From the NCBI GenBank assembly GCA_951406725.2, contig OX597828.1:50220001-50284000 (forward strand): 64,000 bases of DNA. Direction: 5' to 3'. The position numbers and the translations under genes were made by a program. The DNA is from Octopus vulgaris (taxonomy: Eukaryota). Positions 39,010 to 53,163 of the stretch are shown one piece after another (the stretch's first letter is position 1; every line of letters begins with the position of its first letter). The notes below the pieces were generated by a model. The model was not told the origin of the DNA. It was given only the letters and a program-made list of their open reading frames with translations, and did no database searches.

Positions 39010-39501
39010 CTTCTTCTTCTTCTTCCGATCAGGACTCACGCCATTAGCCACAAAGAATAATCTCTAATTCGAGCCTACTCCAAGCTACTAAGAATGCGTA
39101 AAGCAACTTGAAGATCCACCCACCACACTCGATAGACTGGCGGTTGCACGGGTGCGAAAGCTACGTTGTTATCCTCATTCCGTAAACGGTGGCTTTTAAC
39201 GGGTGGAAAGCTGAACCATCCTGGGGTACAGAGGATTCGCAATCTAGACTAGGGTCTGAAAGCTTATCACACCATAGTGGGTTGCACCATGGTTCCTCTG
39301 CTTTGTGACAGAAGTAGGAAGAGAGAGTGAGAGAAAGTTGTGGTGAAAGAGTACAGCGTGATTCACCCCCCACCGCCCGAGCCTCGTGGAGCTTAGGTGT
39401 TTTTGCTCAATAAATACTCACAATGCCCGGTCTGGGAATCGAAACTGCGTTCTTACGGCCGCGAGTCCGCTGCCCTAACCAATGGGCTATTGCGCCTCCG
39501 C
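39010..39501 (-). mobile_element. SINE family C with long tail type 4 ending in (GAA)n
   Basis: TSD GGTGCTGTGGT at 38999-39009 and 39502-39512. Confidence 0.85.
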
Positions 39502-40445
39502 GGTGCTGTGGTTAATTGAGGCGAGCCTTGGGTATTTTTATACAAGCAGAACCTACCACTCTCAAGGTCTCACCACAACCAATTTCTTCCAGAAAGAGAA
39601 AGACAGACGAACAGAAGTACGAGAGAGAGAAGTCTCGACAGCAGAGGACTGGTACTTTATTCTATCAACTCTGAAAGAATGAATAAAAAAGATGATCGTG
39701 ATGAAATTTGAACTCGGAGAATAGAGAGGAGGAACGCTTACTACAAGGCAATCTATCTGACGTTATGACTCTACCGACACTGTGGCTAGTCGATAAACAA
39801 AACTTGAGTCAGTGTTCAGAAATTTCAGTGAAAGCCTGATGAAAAAACTCCATATATATTTGAGTAAGTATTGTTTCAATTTCCGAAATGCCAGGTAAAT
39901 TGTCTTGAAAAATGTGTAGAAATATGTCTTGCTTGGTCTTCTAACATTAACTGTACAAGGGAAAACAATAATTAAATATCTAAATATTTTCTGTAAGCAC
40001 AAAATATTTTCTGTTTTACATGCAAATTTTCTTGCATATTTGAATAAAGAATAGAACAATTTCCATTTTTATGCTCTTGTAAATTTAATAGTGTTTAAAT
40101 TTTGGAAAAAAACATGCCACGCACGTGTTTTAGGAATAAGTTAACTTTAATTAAACATATTTAACAGGTGTAATATATTTCACTCTGTACAACGACAACA
40201 GGGAGACTGAACTATATTCAACAATCAAGATGGTTGCCAAAAAGAATAAAAAAACACACCGTAATGACTTGTTGGTGGGAAGTTTACTAAAATTGCTCAA
40301 ACGGTGCCATCTAATGATATTGGCATCAATCTAATTCTTAAGCTGCGCTGGAAATTAGGCAGGTAAACAGAGAGATAACCTCTGGAAATAATGCATAATT
40401 ATTGCTTGATTGAAAAACCGAAATAATTACCATAATTACCTGTCA

Positions 40446-40639
40446 GGCGTAGGAATGGCTGTGTGGTAAGTAGGCTAGGCGTAGGAGTGGCTGTGCGGTA
40501 AGTAGCTTGCTTACGAACCACATGGTTCCGGGTTTCGTCCCACTGTGTGGCACCTTGGGCAAGTGTCTTCTACTATAGCATCGAACCGACCAAAGCCTTG
40601 TGAGTGGATTTGGTAGACGGAAACTGAAATAAGCCCGTC

Positions 40640-40713
<74 letters not shown>

Positions 40714-40912
40714 ATATGTTTGTGTGTCTGTGTTTGTCCCCCCAACATCGCTTGACAACCGATGCTGGTGTGTTTACGTCCCCGGTTCGGCAAAAGACCG
40801 ATAGAGTAAGTACTAGGCTTACAAAGAATAAATCCTGCGGTCAATTTGGTCGACTAAAGGCGGTGCTCCAGCATTGCCACAGTCAAATGACTGAAACAAG
40901 TAAAAGAGTAAA
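40446..40912 (+). mobile_element. SINE family A (tRNA head, CORE-like ACCTTGGGCAAGT), full length with duplicated head
   Basis: GGCGTAGGAGTGGCTGTG head, internal (TA)n, tail ...GACTGAAACAAGTAAAAGAGTAA. Confidence 0.88.
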
Positions 40913-41930
40913 AAAGTATATCTAACACAATTCCTCCAATACAGTAAAAGTAGCAACAGACTTTACTAACACTGTTCTAGTCACTCTAACATAGGATAGA
41001 ATTCTAAAGCGGAAGAAATCGAAGATAGTTCACGTCGTCATAAACAATTGCTCCAGTCAATTCGTAGGAGAGTTTTCGGGGCATCTGTGGCAGGTTGGAG
41101 AGAAGGAAAGAATGAAAGATGATATCTCCAATCCAGAGATCTGGACAGAATGTTTCCTACAGATTGGGCTGTGCTAAAGATAACCGAGATAGTGGCGGAC
41201 AGAGTCCGCCATTCACGTAGACAACGGCGCGATTTCATCTCAAAATACGAACTGAAAGAAATGAGAATTCCATTTTATAACTTTGTTTATCGATCTCAGT
41301 AGGCTAAAGGCGCGTACATGTAGGGATTGAAGGAGTAATGTGGGAGCTGTGGAGGGACAGAGGTCTTAGCATGTGTGTTGGGGTGGGTGGGGGTGAGAGA
41401 GAGGAAGGGAGAGAGGAGAAAGACACGGACAAGTGAACTAAGAGAGTGTGTGTGGGGGAGAAATCTAAAATTGGCGGGGTGGGTAGAAAGGTCAATACCT
41501 CAACCCAAACAAAAGAGGAAATATAACCAAGGCTTAGATGTGGTTAAATGGGACAAAATTACAAATTCAAAGCTCAGGAAAAAATTTTTTTTTTTTCATG
41601 GAGAGGAGTATGTGCGAGGGCAAGACTTCGGATTACGATGTCTGATAGTAGAGAACAGGGGTGGGTATACTGAGGTGGCTGAGTCGCAGTATGCAAAGGG
41701 AGAGCAGATGAGTAAGTAATTAGAGTGAGACTGTCCGACTGATGGCTCAGACTCGACGAAGAGCAGCGTCCAATTTCGCCTTACATCTCTATCGTATACA
41801 CTGACTCCTCTTGGTAAACCTTTGCAGTATTTCTTTTGATGTTATTTGACGATGCGCTCGAGTAAATCTAACGACACGTTTGTTATCCTGCTCCCCACTT
41901 ATTTACACTCTCTTTTCTGTTCTTTTATTA

Positions 41931-42435
41931 CCGTAAATCCTCGAGTATAGTCGCCCTTGAGTATAATACGCGGGGTATTTTTAGGGGGCTGTACCTCTGA
42001 AAAACCTAAACCTTCTGTATAATACGCACCACTTCTTTAACTTGAGTCGTGCGTAATTAAGCCAGCAGCACCTGGTCGAACAAACACTTCCACGCATGCG
42101 TAATACAATAATTGGAATGTAAAAATATGTTTACAAATTGGTTTTGTTACATGTTATTCTGTGTTCCGAATACTTTTATTTTAATAAATGTTGCTTACTG
42201 CAAGTTATGGATGATTCTTTTATGACTTCATTGCTTTCAGACTTAGCTTAAGGTATTTTGGCACCTAACATCACAAAATGCGTCTGAATAAACATTGCCG
42301 GACATCAAATCGAGACTCGGACATTGCTTAGAAAATATTATTTTTTTATTTTTAACCTCGTATATAGTACGCACTAGGGATTTTGACCTTTAAATTTTGG
42401 GGAAAAATATGCGGATTATATTTGAGGATTTACGG
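41931..42435. mobile_element. Tc1/mariner-superfamily MITE
   Basis: TIRs CCGTAAATCCTCGAGTATA / TATATTTGAGGATTTACGG with TA TSD. Confidence 0.85.
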
Positions 42436-43413
42436 TATATCATTCCTTTAAATCATTGACAAAACTATTTTATGCCGTATTTTGTTGTCTCTTCTCTCCA
42501 CCCTTTACTTACTAGTTGAAAGGTGCGTACCCTTTCTATTTTCTTTGCTTAGACGGTATCCAGGCTTTTGTAACACGAGGAATCATGACAATAAGTGAAA
42601 AAAATGTTACTTCAAATACAAGCATTAAAAATGTTTATGAAGTAGAAAGAAATGATGCGATTGTGTTTCAATGATGATTGACTGCCAAAAGCGACGGAAT
42701 ATCGCTTCGATGCTGATCGGTTATTAAGTGTGAAGTACCAAAATTTATATTTAGTCTCATTAAGCAAAGTTTTATTTGCTGCTTGTTAGTTAATCATCTG
42801 TTTTAGTGTCTTGAACAATAAAATATTTGAAGATGACTTTAAAAATAGCTATAAACAGGAAAATGGCATAAAGCCAACAAAACAACAACTGTGTAAGAAA
42901 GTGTCTAGAATTTTGCCGTCTTTGCATGTAATACGGGAAATGAAAAAAAGCCGAAGTTGTAGAGATACAACGAAGAGGTAGTAATTGAAGATGGTATTAG
43001 CTTGGTTATTGTAAAAAACATTCGTTACCTTAAGGGAGCAGATACAGTAGAGTTATGTGGAAAGCGTACGTTTAAAAGAGAAGGATAATAAAAGTAAACA
43101 AAAAATGTAAGTTGTATGAATATGTAAGTAACGAACTAAGTGGAGAGAGAAAATAAAGTAGGGAAATGAGAAAAGGGAAAGAGAGATAATTGTATTAACG
43201 TTTGCATGTGGGTTGAAGAAAAAGGGAAGGAGAAAGAGGCCGACAAAGGTAGAAGACTATAAAATGGTTGATTAGTATATAATGTTGACGTGAAATTTCT
43301 TCTAATGAAAAGTAGATATAGATTGGTATAATCAAAAGATAAGAGGGTTCAGAGAGGATATTTCAAGTAGCCTGTCTGAAGTTTCTTTATACGATCTTCC
43401 TGTGATAAAATAG

Positions 43414-43713
43414 TGTTTGTTGTTGTTTGTTCCTTCACGAGTTACGCCCGGCTCATAAGGGCCGGTTTTCCGGTTTCCTTGGCGTATAGGTTCCCCAACC
43501 TGGACGGTACGCCGGTCCGTCGCAGGTGAGCTGCAAGATGCAGGAGGAAAGAGTGAGAGAAAGTTGTGACGAAAGAGTCAGCAGAAGTTCGCCATTACCG
43601 TCTGCCGGAGCCGCGTGGAGCTTAGGTGTTTCGCTCATAAACACACACATCGCCCGGTCTGAGATCTCTCGACCGCGAGTCCGCTGCTCTAACCACTAGG
43701 CCATGTGCCTTCA
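43414..43713 (-). mobile_element. SINE family C, tail type 1
   Basis: Homologous to 26498-26830; flanking GTGATAAA repeats. Confidence 0.85.
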
Positions 43714-43827
43714 CGTGATAAATTATACTGCAGCCGAAATTGGTGAGGTATATTGAAATGAGGCAGAATGCAAATTTTTATATTTATAGAAGCACAACTT
43801 CAAGCAGATAGTATAATAGAGGATGTA

Positions 43828-44043
43828 AGGCGAGGAGCGGGCAGAATCAGTGGCACGCCGGGCAAAATACTTAGCTGCATTTCGTCCTTCTTTACATTCT
43901 GAGTTCAAATTCTGTTGAGGACAACTTTGTCTTCCGTCATTTCGCAGTCGATAAAATAAGTACCAGTTGAATGCTGGGGGGTCGATGTAAACGACTTACC
44001 ACTCCTCTGGACTTGCTGGTCTTGTTCCAAAATTTGAAACCAA
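43828..44043 (+). mobile_element. SINE family B, tail type 2
   Basis: Ends CCAAAATTTGAAACC. Confidence 0.78.
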
Positions 44044-44346
44044 GTTGATACTGGATGTAGCAAAGCATGTGAGATGAAACTCTTTTGTAAACATGACTAA
44101 CTTGATGGTTAAATTTGAGGTTTGTAGTGAACCGAAATCCAAGATGCTAACGTTTGCTTGCAATAATAGAAGAATAATTAAAAATTGTTATTGTGTTTGA
44201 TTTAGAAAAAGATAAACCAACAATTTCATCGAAATTAAATTGCCTCTCCATCTACAAGAACTTGGTGTAATACGATATAAGCCATGGATTTCTTGTGCAG
44301 TATAGCACCAATGGGTGTTGAGCCTGTTAATTCAAAAGAATAATAA

Positions 44347-44603
44347 AATAAATAAATGCGCCTTTTTAAAGCCTAACCAGGCTCATGGGCCCGGTTTCCC
44401 GGTTTCCATGGCGTTTGCATTCCCCAGCTGGACGGGACGCCAGTTCACCGCAGCGTTACTCATTTTTGCCAGCTGAGTGGACTGGAGCAACGTGAAATGA
44501 AGTGTTTTGCTTATGAACACAACGCATCGCCCGGTCCAGGAATCGAAACCAAAATCTTACGATCATGATGCTGACACCCTAACCACTAAGCCACGCGCCT
44601 CCA
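44347..44603 (-). mobile_element. tRNA-derived SINE with a different body but the family-C type 1 tail
   Basis: Head GGAGGCGCGTGGCTTAGTGG; tail shared with 36441; imperfect TSD CAAAAGA(G)TAATAA. Confidence 0.82.
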
Positions 44604-45144
44604 CAAAAGAGTAATAACATTAACATAATTAAACCGTTTCGATGGCTTCTTCGAGGTTCCACGTATCAGAGCCAGTAAGACTGTGAGTGATGGCATAAAT
44701 AATAGAAGTCGGAGGAATCACGCATCCCCATGGTTCCATGCATCAATGAATGTGCTTCCACCTGAATCCCGTCAAGTAAGTTGTCTATCTAAAATATGAA
44801 TAGAATAATCCTGAAGCAGGGCGTTTTGCACGGTTGCTGCAGGAGGGACAATATCAAAAGTCGCAATCAAATCGAGAAAAATTACGCAGATCGGATTTTG
44901 TTTCAAGATGAGACGACATTTGATTCATAAATCGAGTGAGCTTGAGATTAAATGGCAAGTTAAATCTTGAAATTGATCGGAGCGAATCTGGCTTTTAGAA
45001 CACACGAAATCCAAGATGTTGTCATTCACCAGACACCAGCAGTTTGGTAGCAACTTACGGAACTGAAGCTATTAAGATCGTAATAATCAGATTTTTTTTG
45101 TCGATTGATCACTCAGAAGCAGGGTTCCATTCTGCAGGAATTAT

Positions 45145-45449
45145 CATGTGATCACGTGACCGACCAGACCATCAGATGTTGTCACACATCGCTGGTCACA
45201 ATGCGTTCGCATTGTTTTAGCCTTCGAATGACGCCACCCCGCTGGCTAAGCGAGCAGGCCAACAGAAGAAAGAGTGGGAGAAAGAGTGGTGAAAGAGTAC
45301 AGCAGAGATCACCACCCCCTGCCGGAGCCTCGTGGAGCTTTTAGGTGTTTTCGCTCAATAAACACTCACAACTCCCGGTCTGGGAATCGAAACCGCGATC
45401 CTGCGACCGCGAGTCCGCTGCCCTAACCAGTAGGCCATTGCGCCTCCAC
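45145..45449 (-). mobile_element. SINE family C, tail type 2
   Basis: TSD GCAGGAATTAT at 45134-45144 and 45450-45460. Confidence 0.9.
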
Positions 45450-45751
45450 GCAGGAATTATACATTGATTAATTGACTGGCAGAATAATAAAAGTAGCAAC
45501 GTAAGAAACCACGTGGAATAGAGCTTTGAATTCCATCTGCCTTAGTTGACTGGGAGCAGTCAAGCGAGCGTAAAATTTTATCTTTATCCTGAACGAAAAT
45601 GTTTATCAGTACGGCAAGGAATTCCTGGAAACGCATGCTACTACTGATTTGGGAGAGTTCTTAAAAGAAAATTAATTATTATGGAGATTAACCTTTATAT
45701 ATATATGGATCTATGTTGCCAATGCTTTCTAGACTAACCAAAGAATATACT

Positions 45752-46163
45752 CTTTTACTCTTTTTTACTCTTTAACTTGTTTCAGTCATTTGACTGCGGC
45801 CATGCTGGAGAACCGCCTTTAGTCAAGCAACTCGACCCCAGGACTAATTCTTTTGTAAGCCTAGTATTTATTCTATCGGTTTCTTTTGCCGAACCGCTAA
45901 GTTACGGGGACGTAAACACACCAGCATCGGTTGTCAAGCGATGTTGGGTTGGGGACAAACACAGACACACAAACATATACACATACATACATATATACAT
46001 ACATACATACATACATATATATATATGTCAAATCCACTCACAAGGCTTCGGTCGGCCCGAGGCTATAGTAGAAGACACCTGCCCAAGGCGCCATATAGTG
46101 GGAATGAACCCAGAACCATGTGGTTGGTAAGCAAGCTACTTACCACACAGCCACTCCTGCGCC
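45752..46163 (-). mobile_element. SINE family A, full length
   Basis: Homologous to 40446-40912. Confidence 0.88.
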
Positions 46164-47627
46164 TATATGTGCAGAAGTCTCTTATAAAAGCACAGTTATT
46201 TGGATAACGTGCGCAAATTTTTAGAGTTTATTTCATTGTGACGGATAGAGTGTATTAACGAGAAGAAATGAGTAAATCTATTGAGTCTAAGATAGTCATG
46301 CAGTTAATTTCTAGCTTTAGCAAAGGCAAGGTAGAAATTATTCGGTTTGTTAGATACATATTGTTTCCAAGCTCTTCTCTTTCTGGATTTTAGTTTAGCA
46401 AGAGAATTCATAGGTTAGTGATTATCAGGTTATCATCGTTTGCATATTGGCCGACTATGACACATTTGCGTATCAAAATAAAGAGCTTTGAACTTATGCC
46501 AGTTAAGTCGCACATTCTTCCTAGAAAGAATTAAAATCAAATCAAACCGGAGGAAGACATTTTGGGTAATCCAATCATTCACTAATAGGAAATTGGTGTC
46601 AGAGGGCAAGAAATAATTAATCGATTTATGTCGACCGGTTCTGCGAAAATAGCAACGGTGTGAACAGAGATGTCGATTGGCAGATCAGCTGAGTTTAGTA
46701 CAATAAAGTTCAGCTGTGTTGATAAGAACGAAATCACGGCATGAAATAGTATTTCCATTCACTCGTGTGTTAGTTCTATATCATTTTCACTTTATTTAAA
46801 TAAAAACATTGGAAGCAGCGGCATAGAGTGAGATCAAGTTACCAGGGATTCTGCACGAAAGGTACAGAGTCTTACAGAAACATTAAAACAAACTCATCAA
46901 ATTCCCTAACATGTTTCTATTGAAATTGAATCCGCTGAAACCAGGCAGTGGAACCAGAACGAAAGAAACTTGTCAGTGATTTCAGTCAACATTTCTAACT
47001 TAATGGTTTCAGTTTGATTGATATTCACTCGCCTGTCCACAATTGACAGCATATTTGAATCAGTTGGGAACAGTGTCTATTATATGTTGCATAACTACAT
47101 CCTTATAATTCCAGTTTTGAATTTTCATCTGTATCTTCAATAGGAATGGTCTTACTTGTTTCTTTCTTCTTCTATGTATCCAGTTGCTTACATATTCGTG
47201 CACCTTATACCTTCTTTTTTTTTAAACTTTTACTCTCTCCTCCCTCATGAATATCTCTATTGTCATCTATTGTTATCTTAAGTCAGTAAACGTTTCAGAA
47301 TTCCTAAACTAAAATCATCTCCTTATTTTTCTGTCCTCTTCAGACTCTAGCTTCTGTTTCTTTGTCTATCCTTCTCTTTTTCTTTCCTATGTCTTTACAT
47401 TTCTTTATTCTTCACCGTCTCTTCCGCATTTGCTTCCGTGTTTGTCTCTTTTCTCTTTCTCCCTATCTACTTCCATGTATGTCTCTCAGACTTCTTTCTC
47501 CATCCTTTTAATTTTTCTATTTTCATCAACTCGCTGTGAGACTTGGAATCATCTCACTGACCGAGCAACACATTGTATTCTTTGGTAAAGAATTCCATTT
47601 CACGAAAATACGCACATGCATACACAA

Positions 47628-47968
47628 GTATGTATGTATGTATGTATGTATGTATGTATGTATGTATGTATGTATGTATGTATGTATGTATGTATGTATG
47701 TATGTATGCATGCATTTATGTATGTATGTATGCATGCATGTATGCATGTATGTATGTATGCATGTATGTATGTATGTATGTATGTATGTATTTATGTATG
47801 TATGCATGCATGCATGCATGTATGCATGCATGTATGTATGCATGCATGCATGTATGCATGTATGTATGTATGTATGCATGTATGTATGCATATATGTATG
47901 TATGCATGCATGCATGCATGTATGCATGCATGTATGTATGTATGCATGTATGTATGTATGTATGTGTG

Positions 47969-48000
<32 letters not shown>

Positions 48001-48074
48001 TGTATGTATGTATGCATGTATGCATGTATGTATGCATGTATGTATGTATGTATGTGTGTATATGTATGTATGCA

Positions 48075-48107
<33 letters not shown>

Positions 48108-48148
48108 ATGTATGTATGTATGCATGCATGCATGTATGTATGTATGTA
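47628..48148. repeat. (TATG/CATG)n compound microsatellite
   Basis: Direct inspection. Confidence 0.95.
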
Positions 48149-48306
48149 ATTTATGTATAGTGAAAGATGGAAAAAAAGAAGCCAAAAGCAAAGAGGGGTT
48201 GAAAATAAACAGTATATTATAAAACGTTCACTGTCTTAAAATAACAATAGCATATATAGCTGGAATAGGAGGGTAAAAGTAAATAAGTAATATATATATA
48301 TATTAA

Positions 48307-48487
48307 AGCGGCGTGCTGCCAGGAATTTCGTCTGTTTTTGTGTTCCGAGTTCTGATTCCGCCGAAGTCGACTTTGCCCTTCACTCTTTCGGTGTCGATAA
48401 AATAAGCATCAATTCATCACTGTGGTCGATGTAAGCGACTTACCCCTACCCCTGAACTTGCTAGCCTTGTGCCAAAATTTGAAACCG
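48307..48487 (+). mobile_element. SINE family B, tail type 2
   Basis: Ends CCTTGTGCCAAAATTTGAAACC. Confidence 0.78.
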
Positions 48488-48575
48488 ATATAAATATATG
48501 TATTACATATACATATAAATACACACACACACAAACACATACATACATACATACATACATACATACATACATACA

Positions 48576-48646
<71 letters not shown>

Positions 48647-48799
48647 GCACATGTATACACACACAATGAATGTTTGCTTGATATGAAATGTATCAGACCA
48701 GCTGCATGCACACTGATAATGTCTATTACGTCATGAGCTGTCAATGAATAGAACAGCTTCCGTTTAAAGTACGAAAGATCTCTTAAGTATTTATATATA

Positions 48800-49108
48800 G
48801 GCGTAGGAGTGGCTGTGTGGTAAGTAGCTAGCTTACCAACCACATGGTTCTTGGTTCAGTCCCACCGCGTCGCACCTTGGGCAAGTGTCTTCTACTATAG
48901 CCTCGGGCCGACCGAAGTCGTATATAATTATATATATGTATACATATATACGACGGGCTTCTTTCAGTTTCCGGCTACCAAATCCACTCAAAAGGCTTTG
49001 GTCGGCCCGAGGCTATAGCAGAAGACACTTGTCCAAGGTGCCACGCCGTGGGACTGAACACGGAACCATGTGGTTGGTAAGCAAGCTACTTACCACACAG
49101 CCACTCCT
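48800..49108. mobile_element. Two family-A SINE 5' halves in inverted orientation
   Basis: 48800-48921 (+) and 48949-49108 (-). Confidence 0.88.
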
Positions 49109-49109
49109 A

Positions 49110-51021
49110 TACTTCATATATTTTAATGAACATTGTCTAAATAAACATAGACGAAAATTGAGAAACATTGTTTTTATGTACTTTTATTGCCAATTTTCGA
49201 ATTTGACAGTGTGCAAAAGTATTTAACATGATTTGTTAATATTTAGTAGCATATCCTCTGTTCTGCCTTAAAGCCTCTAGTCGTTTTCTGTAGTTTTCAA
49301 CGAGCTTCTTGCATGAAGATTTTGGCAGTTTCACCCGTTCTTCACAGGCTTTCTTCAGTTCCTTGATATATTTGAATCTCTTGCCTGTACTCTCAACTTC
49401 AACATTTTCCATAAATTTTCTATTGTATTGAGATCCGGTGACTGGCTAGGCCATTCCAGAACATCAATTCCATTTTCATTGAACTCGTGTTGAGTTGTTT
49501 TAGCCTTATGCTTTGGATCGTTGGCCTACAGGAATACAAAATCTCGGTCAAGCCCCAAAGCTGTTGCACTTTTTAATAGATGGGTTGATAAGATTTGCTT
49601 GTATTTTGCTGCATTCATTCTTCCTTCGATGACTTCTATATCTTCAACTCCATCATAAGATAAACAACCCCAAATCATTACACTTCCACCCTATATTTGA
49701 CTCCTGGCATGGTGTTTACAGGATTGTATTCAGTTCCTTTTTTCCCCCATACATGGATGCACATGTTTCTCCCGAAAAGCTCAATTTTCGTTTCATCTGA
49801 CCAAATAACTTTCTTCTAGAATCGATCTGATTCATGTTCATACATTTTAACAAATTTCAAACGGTTTGCACATGTTTACGTTTTAATGATGGAGTCTTTC
49901 TTGGTGATTTAGAATACAGGCCTGTACGATTCAGTGATCTCTTAATTGTATCCTTACTTCAATTCCAGCATTTTTCAGATCGTTCTGAATTTCTCTTCGA
50001 AACAAAAATTGTTGTTTCTACACATTCCGGGCTATATACCGTTCAGTAACCTCGTTTAATTTCCGTGGACGACCACTTGTTTGAATATTTTCAGTAGTAT
50101 CATATTTGGGATCTTTTCGGTTTGAACGGCAATTTTTAAAAATAATTTCCACGTTAGTAAACACTTTATAAAACATCTTTTTCTCTTGGCTTTATTGAGA
50201 AAATTCTATAGTTTGTAAGATATTTGTTGTTCTTTTTCTTCAATTTCTGCAATTTCAACCAATCAAATACGTCTATTGAGGTAAAAAAACATTCTGTGCC
50301 GTATGAATATGTCCCTCGTTTAAGAAACTGATTGGGCTTATTTACATTTCTGAAGAAAAAAAAGATACCCTTCCCCACCCCTAACCCTAACCCTAAAACA
50401 GATTGAAATGCAATAGATCGATAATAGGGTCATAATTATGGGTGACAATTTCATATGACACCGCTAGAAAAAACTGCCGTTCAGACCGAAAAGATCCCAT
50501 ATTTTTTCCACTTTCGAACAACAGCACCAACTGTACGCACAAGCAAATTTAAATCTTGAGCAATTTTTCGGAACCCCTTACCATCTTTGTGCAGCTTTAT
50601 GATCTTCTGTCACATATCATTTGACAATTCTTTTGTTTTAACCATTTTTATAAGTTTAGATAGCGGGACGTTCTGTAGTGTATCTGACCTGTTATCACTA
50701 TGCGCCGATTGAGCGATGTGCTTGGTTAAAACATATATCCAAGACAACTTGTGATTGGTTGAAGTACAAACAATATCAAAATAACTGAAAATAGTTTTAA
50801 AACACCCTATTTGTATAGGTGTTAAATACTTTTGTACACAGCCAAATTGGAAAATTGGTACTAAAAGTACATAAAAACAATGTTTCTCAATTTCCCTCTA
50901 TGTTTAATTAGACAATGTTCATTAAAATATTTGAAGAAAGTATCATTCAAATTGAACGGTTTTTTTATTTTGAAATTTATAAAAAAAAAAACAATGTGTT
51001 AAATACTTTTACTACCCACTA
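49110..51021 (-). mobile_element. Decayed Tc1 (DD34E) transposon with long IR/DR-type TIRs
   Basis: [33 protein letters not shown]; 49112-49229 is inverse to ~50820-50938; direct repeat TGTTAAATACTTTT twice in the right TIR. Confidence 0.9.
50108..50498. mobile_element. MITE with ~30-bp TIRs, 6-bp TSD and internal (CCCTAA)3
   Basis: GGGATCTTTTCGGTTTGAACGGCA / TGCCGTTCAGACCGAAAAGATCCC; TSD ATATTT at 50102-50107 and 50499-50504. Confidence 0.9.
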
Positions 51022-51103
51022 TATATATATATATTTGTTTTGCAAGATTCCTGATGTGAACTTGTGTGTTGAAACAGTTACTGCTATATTTCGGGATAAT
51101 CAG

Positions 51104-51135
<32 letters not shown>

Positions 51136-51900
51136 CACACACACACACACACATATATATGTGTGCATTTATATATATATCCATATATATGTATGCACAC
51201 GAGCACACGCACACACACACACACACACATATATAAATATGCGTACAATATAAATATGTGTATATATACTTACATATATATATACATGTATTTATGCATG
51301 TATATATTGTATGTATGCATGCATGTATGTATGTATGTATGTATGTATGTATGTATGTATGTATGTATGAACGTAGCTATGTATGTATGTATGGATTTGG
51401 TTCATAAATAGCTGCTACAATTCCCCTGTAGTTTCAGTTTTCGTGACTGAGAGTCGCAGAATGTCATTCAGTATATAAAATTCATGAAAATTCTTCTCCC
51501 GATTCAAATTAAAGGAAACTCTGGAATGCTTCTGGTGCCAAATTCTGATTGCTATGATTAAGAGAATTTGTCGACTGTCACATCATAGATCATGAAGGTA
51601 ATAGTTAGATATATTCGTAGTGAATGGCTCTGAAACTGCTCCGTAGCATACACAGCCAAACCTCACGTACAGATCAACATAGGTATTCATGTACGTTGAA
51701 AGATGTCGCATACAGAGACGACTAACAGAGCTAGCGTAATAAGACAATACATGATCGATAGCTGAATTGAATTGCATAATATACATATATATATATATAT
51801 ATGCCTGCATGTATACCGTACGCATATACATACACACATACACTCGCGCACGTATATATATGTGTGTATACATGTAATACATTCATACACACACAAACAC

Positions 51901-51934
<34 letters not shown>

Positions 51935-52055
51935 ATGCCTGCATGCATACCATACGCATATACATACACACATACACTCGCGCACATATATATGTGTATA
52001 TATGTATATACATTCATAAACACACAAACATATATATACATGTATATGTACACAG

Positions 52056-52093
<38 letters not shown>

Positions 52094-52097
52094 ATAA

Positions 52098-52130
<33 letters not shown>

Positions 52131-52569
52131 CACGCATGCATACATACATGCCTTGCACATAGGTATATATGTACTTAAATATTTACACATGCATATATTT
52201 ATATCTAAACATACATGCATACGAATACACATACGTGTACATACACTCTTACATACATACATTTATAAATATTCATATATATGCGTACCTTGTGGAAATT
52301 GACTCGAAAGTATGATCATTGTTAATGAACTGCACTGCGAAGATGACTTTTTCATCTTGGCAAATGATTTGTAGCTTTTACCGACTATTACATAACTGTT
52401 GCTTCTCATTTGAATCACGCGCATCCATGAAGACTTTCATTATATATACATATATAAATTCATGCAGAGACACACATATATGCACATAGAAATGTATCTG
52501 TGTGTGTGTATGTATGTATGTATGTATGTATGTATGTATGTATGTATGTATGTATGTATGTATATATAC

Positions 52570-52615
<46 letters not shown>

Positions 52616-53128
52616 CTTATACATAAATGGCAGTTACTGTCTGTTTCTTACCATCATGGTGCCTAAACCAGCGAACCAATAATCACGAAACTTTACATAC
52701 ATGTTACACTAACACCCAGTTCAATAATAGGCAAATAGAATGTCAATAAAAATCTATAATGTACCCCCAAGGGGATTGGGCAAATTATGTGATAGAGTGA
52801 GAAGGGTGCAAAAAGTTTAATCCTGAAGGCAACGCATTAGCAGTGAAGAGGACTTATATCAGAGAAGGCAAGAACAGTGTTACGTAAGCGACAAATATTG
52901 AGTGGCAATGGGATGTAACGTTTATACAACTGTCATATACATGCGACGCTGCATACATACTTTCGTAAATACATAGACAACACACACATTCGCACATACA
53001 GGCACACACACAGAGAAAGGTGGGTGTGAGGAATACGTAACTTTAAGGAGAGGGGGAAGGTGGTTTTTCCGATGTCCATCGCAAAGAAACACCTAAAGAC
53101 ACACATACATACATACATGCATATATAT

Positions 53129-53163
<35 letters not shown>

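Larger units (their letters stand above)
44045..47150 (-). mobile_element. Ancient CR1/L2-group LINE fossil (RT region) interrupted by three SINEs
   Basis: ICVIFLDLIATFDIVP at ~44845-44892 (RT motif FLDxxKAFDxV); HLGFRFTTNLKFNHQV at ~44100-44147; extent beyond ~45700 is uncertain. Confidence 0.55.

Noticed and set aside
51795-52060. ~134-bp tandem duplication
   Set aside because: Lies in TA/CA low-complexity DNA; ordinary slippage or unequal exchange
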